Position numbers and translations under genes: made by a program. A DNA stretch of 63,873 bases, filler included, from Octopus bimaculoides (taxonomy: Eukaryota): NCBI RefSeq assembly GCF_001194135.2. It is 5 parts of 5 records of this genome, joined end to end, with 100 filler letters (N's around TTAATTAATTAA, not from the genome) between each part and the next. Parts side by side here need not be neighbours in the genome. Positions count along the whole stretch, not along the records: positions 60,086 to 63,873 come from NC_068998.1; 4 more parts are not named here. One strand, written 5' to 3'. A model generated the notes under the pieces. That model did no database searches. It had not been told where the DNA came from and worked only from the letters and a program-made list of their open reading frames with translations. Of the stretch, positions 60,451 through 63,873 are shown in pieces (the stretch's first letter is position 1; each line of letters starts with the position of its first letter).

Positions 60451-61090
60451 GTGTTCGTCATTAGTCACACGAGCTCATGCATAAAGACAAAGTTATATCA
60501 AAACCGAGGGTACGACGGGGGTGGGGGTAGGGACGTTTGCACAACGGACATCTTGAGAATTTGATAGAAATTAAAAGAGTGAATGAATATGAAATTATAT
60601 AAACCTTACGACAACTGAGAGAAGATATAATTTAAACAATGAAAGCACAAATTGAATGACACTCCCTTGACATATGCAATTGAGAATTCGCTTGGTGGCA
60701 CTACTCTTTACGCCCACCCACCATTCGTATTGAAACTGGATGCGCCCTACGGCACCATAAGTATTTGAATACGCGTGTGTGAGTGTACGTGTGTGCGGTG
60801 TGGTGTGTGTAGTGTGTGTGTTAATCATAGAGCCTGCTCTCATCGCTACCACTACCCCCAACAGGCATTGCATGACTAATCCAAAAGTGCCACCCCCCAT
60901 AAAAGCGTCACTCGAAGCAAAGTACCCCCGTTGCATTCCCTGCTAACTACGTTTACTGCTGAGGACGAGACGATACTTTCCGATATTTCCGGAGCTTCAA
61001 CTGGAGAAACTACTGGAACAGCAACCGAGTCGTATTCACAATTCCCTTGCTTTTGACAGCAAAAGTAAAAAAAACAGAAAAATTTGGTTT

Positions 61091-61517
61091 TCTTTTATTC
61101 TTTTATTCTTTTACTTGTTTCAGTCATTTGACTGCAGCCATGCTGGAGCACCGCCTTTAAACGAATCAAATCGACCCCAAGACTTATTCTTTGTAAGCCT
61201 AGTACTTAGTCTATCGGTCTCTTTTTGCCGAACCGCTAAGTTACGGGGACCTAAACACACCAGCATCGGTTGTCAAGCGATGTTGGGGGGACAAATACAG
61301 ATACACAACATATACACACATACATATATACATATATACGACGGGCTTCTTTCAGTTTCCGTTTACCAAATCCACTCACAAGGCTTTGGTCGGCCCGAGG
61401 CTATAGTAGAAGACACTTGCCCAAGGTGCCACGCAGTGGGACTGAACCCGGAACCATGTGGTTGGTAAGCAAGCTACTTACCACACAGCCACTTACCACA
61501 CAGCCACTCCTGCGCCT
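61091..61517 (-). mobile_element. full-length tRNA-derived SINE family A (best-preserved copy)
   Basis: Head AGGCGCAGGAGTGGCTGTGTGGTAAG (A box), GGTTCCGGGTTCAGTCCC (B box), internal (TA/TG) microsatellite and a simple-repeat tail (TAAAAGAA)n. Confidence 0.93.
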
Positions 61518-61794
61518 ATGGTTGTTTTTTTTTTGTTTTTTTTTCTTCGTTGGAATTTTGGCTGATTCTCCCTGTTTGTCATGCATTTCTTCTCCTGCAC
61601 TTTTTTAAAATTATACACATCGGGGTCATTTTGTTTACATGATTTCCGTTCTTCTTTTTTCTTGCAATTTTGCAGAAATGTACTTTCTTAGTCACCATGT
61701 TTGAAAGCCTGATGATAGTAGAGATTTCTTTGTGGGGAAATAAAATATTTTTTCCTCTCAAACAGAAGGAAAATACTTGTAATAAAAGCTTAAG

Positions 61795-62190
61795 ACACTT
61801 ACTTCCCAACCACGAGGTCTAGGGTTCAGTTCTACTGTGCGGCACCTTAGGCAAGTGTTTTTTTTTTACTATGGCCCTGGGTTAACCAGTGTTGTGTGAG
61901 TGGGTGGATTTGGTAGGCGGAAACTGTATGGAAGCTCGTCGAATATCTGTGTGCGTGCGAGCATGTCCTGTGATTGTGCTCTGTTTGTCCCCCACTACCG
62001 CTTAACAACCGGTGTTGGTTTGTTTGCGTTCCCGTAACTTAGCGGTTTGGTGAAAAGAGAACGATAGAATAAGTACCAGATTAAAAAAAAACAACTATGT
62101 ATTGGGATTGATTTGATGGAATATAAATCCTTCAAGGAGATGCCCCAACATGTTTGCAGTCCAATAACTGAAACGAGTAAAAGGCAAAAG
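61795..62190 (+). mobile_element. older SINE family A copy
   Basis: ccaaccacgaggtctagggttcagttc...gtggatttggtaggcggaaactg...cgtaacttagcggtttgg..aaagagaacgatagaataagtacc...atgactgaaac-like end. Confidence 0.82.
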
Positions 62191-62319
62191 CCTAGCATGA
62201 AATTCGAGGAAGTTTCTGAAATCATCACACGAAACATATGTAGTATATCTGACCGTGACACAAAGCTTCTACAACAACAACAACAATAATATTAATTGCT
62301 TCTAATATAGATTTTAAAT

Positions 62320-62423
62320 TTTGGCACAAGGCCAACAATTTTAAGGGAGCGGTAAGTCGATAATATCGACGCCAGTGCTCAACTGGTACTTATTTTATCA
62401 ACCCTGAAAGGATGAAAGGCAAA
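62320..62423 (-). mobile_element. SINE family B, 3' half
   Basis: ttttggcacaaggcc...gtgctcaactggtacttattttatcaaccctgaaaggatgaaaggcaaaa. Confidence 0.8.
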
Positions 62424-62433
62424 AGGTATCCTT

Positions 62434-62517
62434 GGCCTGAAGAATACCCGACAGTATGCACCTCACTTGAATTTTACCACTTCTGAGGTCCCACTCGCTA
62501 TGAAACATACGTAGCCC
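62434..62517 (+). ncRNA. putative minimal type I hammerhead ribozyme with intact core and extended stem II
   Basis: GGC-CTGAAGA-[ATA..CGA..ACCTCA..TGAGGT..TCG.TAT]-GAAA-CATACG-TA-GCC. All conserved core bases are present and the predicted cleavage is after A62513. Stem I is only 3 bp. Confidence 0.55.
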
Positions 62518-62577
62518 GAATTTCCCATACCCCATTCCGTAACACTTGTATATCTATATATATATATATATATAGTA

Positions 62578-62608
<31 letters not shown>

Positions 62609-62778
62609 TAGGGATAAAAATCTAAAATTACAGGTAAAAACTCAATTATCTTGATCTTATGATATTTACTTTGTATTATGTTATACTTATTTATTGTGCT
62701 TTTACTTATTAATTTTTCTATATGTGACAATGGATTTTCATCGATGAGTTCATGAACCTTGGTTCTTTTCCCTAAAAT

Positions 62779-62814
<36 letters not shown>

Positions 62815-62818
<4 letters not shown>

Positions 62819-62952
62819 TTAATCATAAGGACACATTAAAGTGTCTGCCCGCTAGAAATAAGAGTCAAAACCCTTATTTGGACTACCAAATAAAGGTTTT
62901 GACTTTTATTTCTAGCGGATAGACATTTTAATGTGTCCTTATGATAAATATA
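62815..62952. mobile_element. 138-bp near-perfect hairpin/MITE next to (TA)n
   Basis: 67-bp arms, a 4-nt loop (ACTA, 62882-62885) and 6 mismatches counted by hand. Confidence 0.85.
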
Positions 62953-63477
62953 GTTTTAATTCTTTAGCTATATAATGGTATTTTTTAGGCCTGCAACCAC
63001 CTATATTGATATTTCTGATATTATCAACTATTTATATTACCTTCAATAATAACTGCAAATGCGCTGTACCTTAGTCAGCAACAATACACAGGCCCTTTCA
63101 CACTCACTCAGACACACAAGATACTCACCGACTCTTTTGGGTTCAATCATTTCCAGCCATTGGATGCAGAGTGCATGAAAGTAGAACGTAATTAAGTTTG
63201 AGGTGTACCAACCTGATTGCTTCTCAACAGCATTTGTGTGTGTGTGAGAGCAACTCCTTGGTTAAGTAGTACATAATCTGATAATTATTTTCCACTTCAA
63301 TAATCATATGTTTACAAATTTGCAAACGTTTGAGTGTTAAAGCGGAAAATAATTATCAAAAAGTCGTTTTCCCTCACTATTTCAATTATAAATACATACA
63401 TACATACATACATACATACATACACGCATGCAGGTATACATATATACGTACATACACGTGCGCATGTTTATATTATA

Positions 63478-63873
63478 CTAGCAGAGATACCCGGCGTTGC
63501 CCGTGTTACATGCAATTGTGATGTTATTGTTTCATTTTTGACACATAATACTGAAATAGTGGAGGAGATAAGATATTGCTGTGGGCTCGAACTATGCAGG
63601 AAGTTAAAAATTTTTTTGGCCTAAGACACTACATGGACCTTAAAAGAAATTTGCTCCTGAAAAATGGAGCTCATGGAGCTGAAAATTGTGGGAGTTAAGG
63701 CCCCTATTGGTGATGGGTATATTAATGTCAACCAGAGAGGTTTAATTGTTGGGAATCTTTTTAACTTGTGTGTAATATGTATTGTTTGAATTTCTTTAAA
63801 ATAGGAAATATATGTATGTTCACTGGGTTTGTAAAAGAGAGCAAAGCTACAGGAAAGCAAAAGACGAATGATC
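63478..63873 (-). mobile_element. Helitron-like element 3' end; the body runs toward or beyond the window end
   Basis: The minus strand reads CACGGGCAACGCCGGG (subterminal hairpin, one mismatch), TATCTCTG, then CTAG|T, the canonical Helitron 3' terminus. Confidence 0.7.

Overview
This is an AT-rich, repeat-saturated eukaryotic window with no intact host protein-coding gene that I can recognise, no rRNA, no true tRNA gene and no CRISPR array. About 7.5 kb (~12%) is N. The SINE families and the microsatellite load look like an octopod cephalopod (Octopus-type) genome; this is inferred from recalled repeat consensus sequences, not from a database search. Four 44N-TTAATTAATTAA-44N spacers show the window is stitched from five separate scaffold pieces (about 1-22738, 22839-31677, 31778-53922, 54023-59985, 60086-63873), so adjacency across the joins is not sequence-proven. 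Content: (1) many tRNA-derived SINEs of at least four families; (2) decayed mariner, Tc1, pogo and hAT transposons, MITEs and foldback elements; (3) three R4/Dong-clade LINE relics; (4) a Penelope GIY-YIG relic; (5) a Helitron 3' end; (6) long simple-repeat mosaics that account for nearly all ORFs in the track. Best leads: a spliced, decayed Ulp1/SENP-type (C48) protease gene at ~4.9-5.5 kb that the ORF track misses; two minimal type I hammerhead-ribozyme motifs (~12.0 kb and ~62.5 kb) in short elements next to (TA)n; two R4/Dong relics back-to-back around one (AAT)n; and several long foldback hairpins. All belong to known element classes; I cannot support a claim of a wholly new system from sequence alone.
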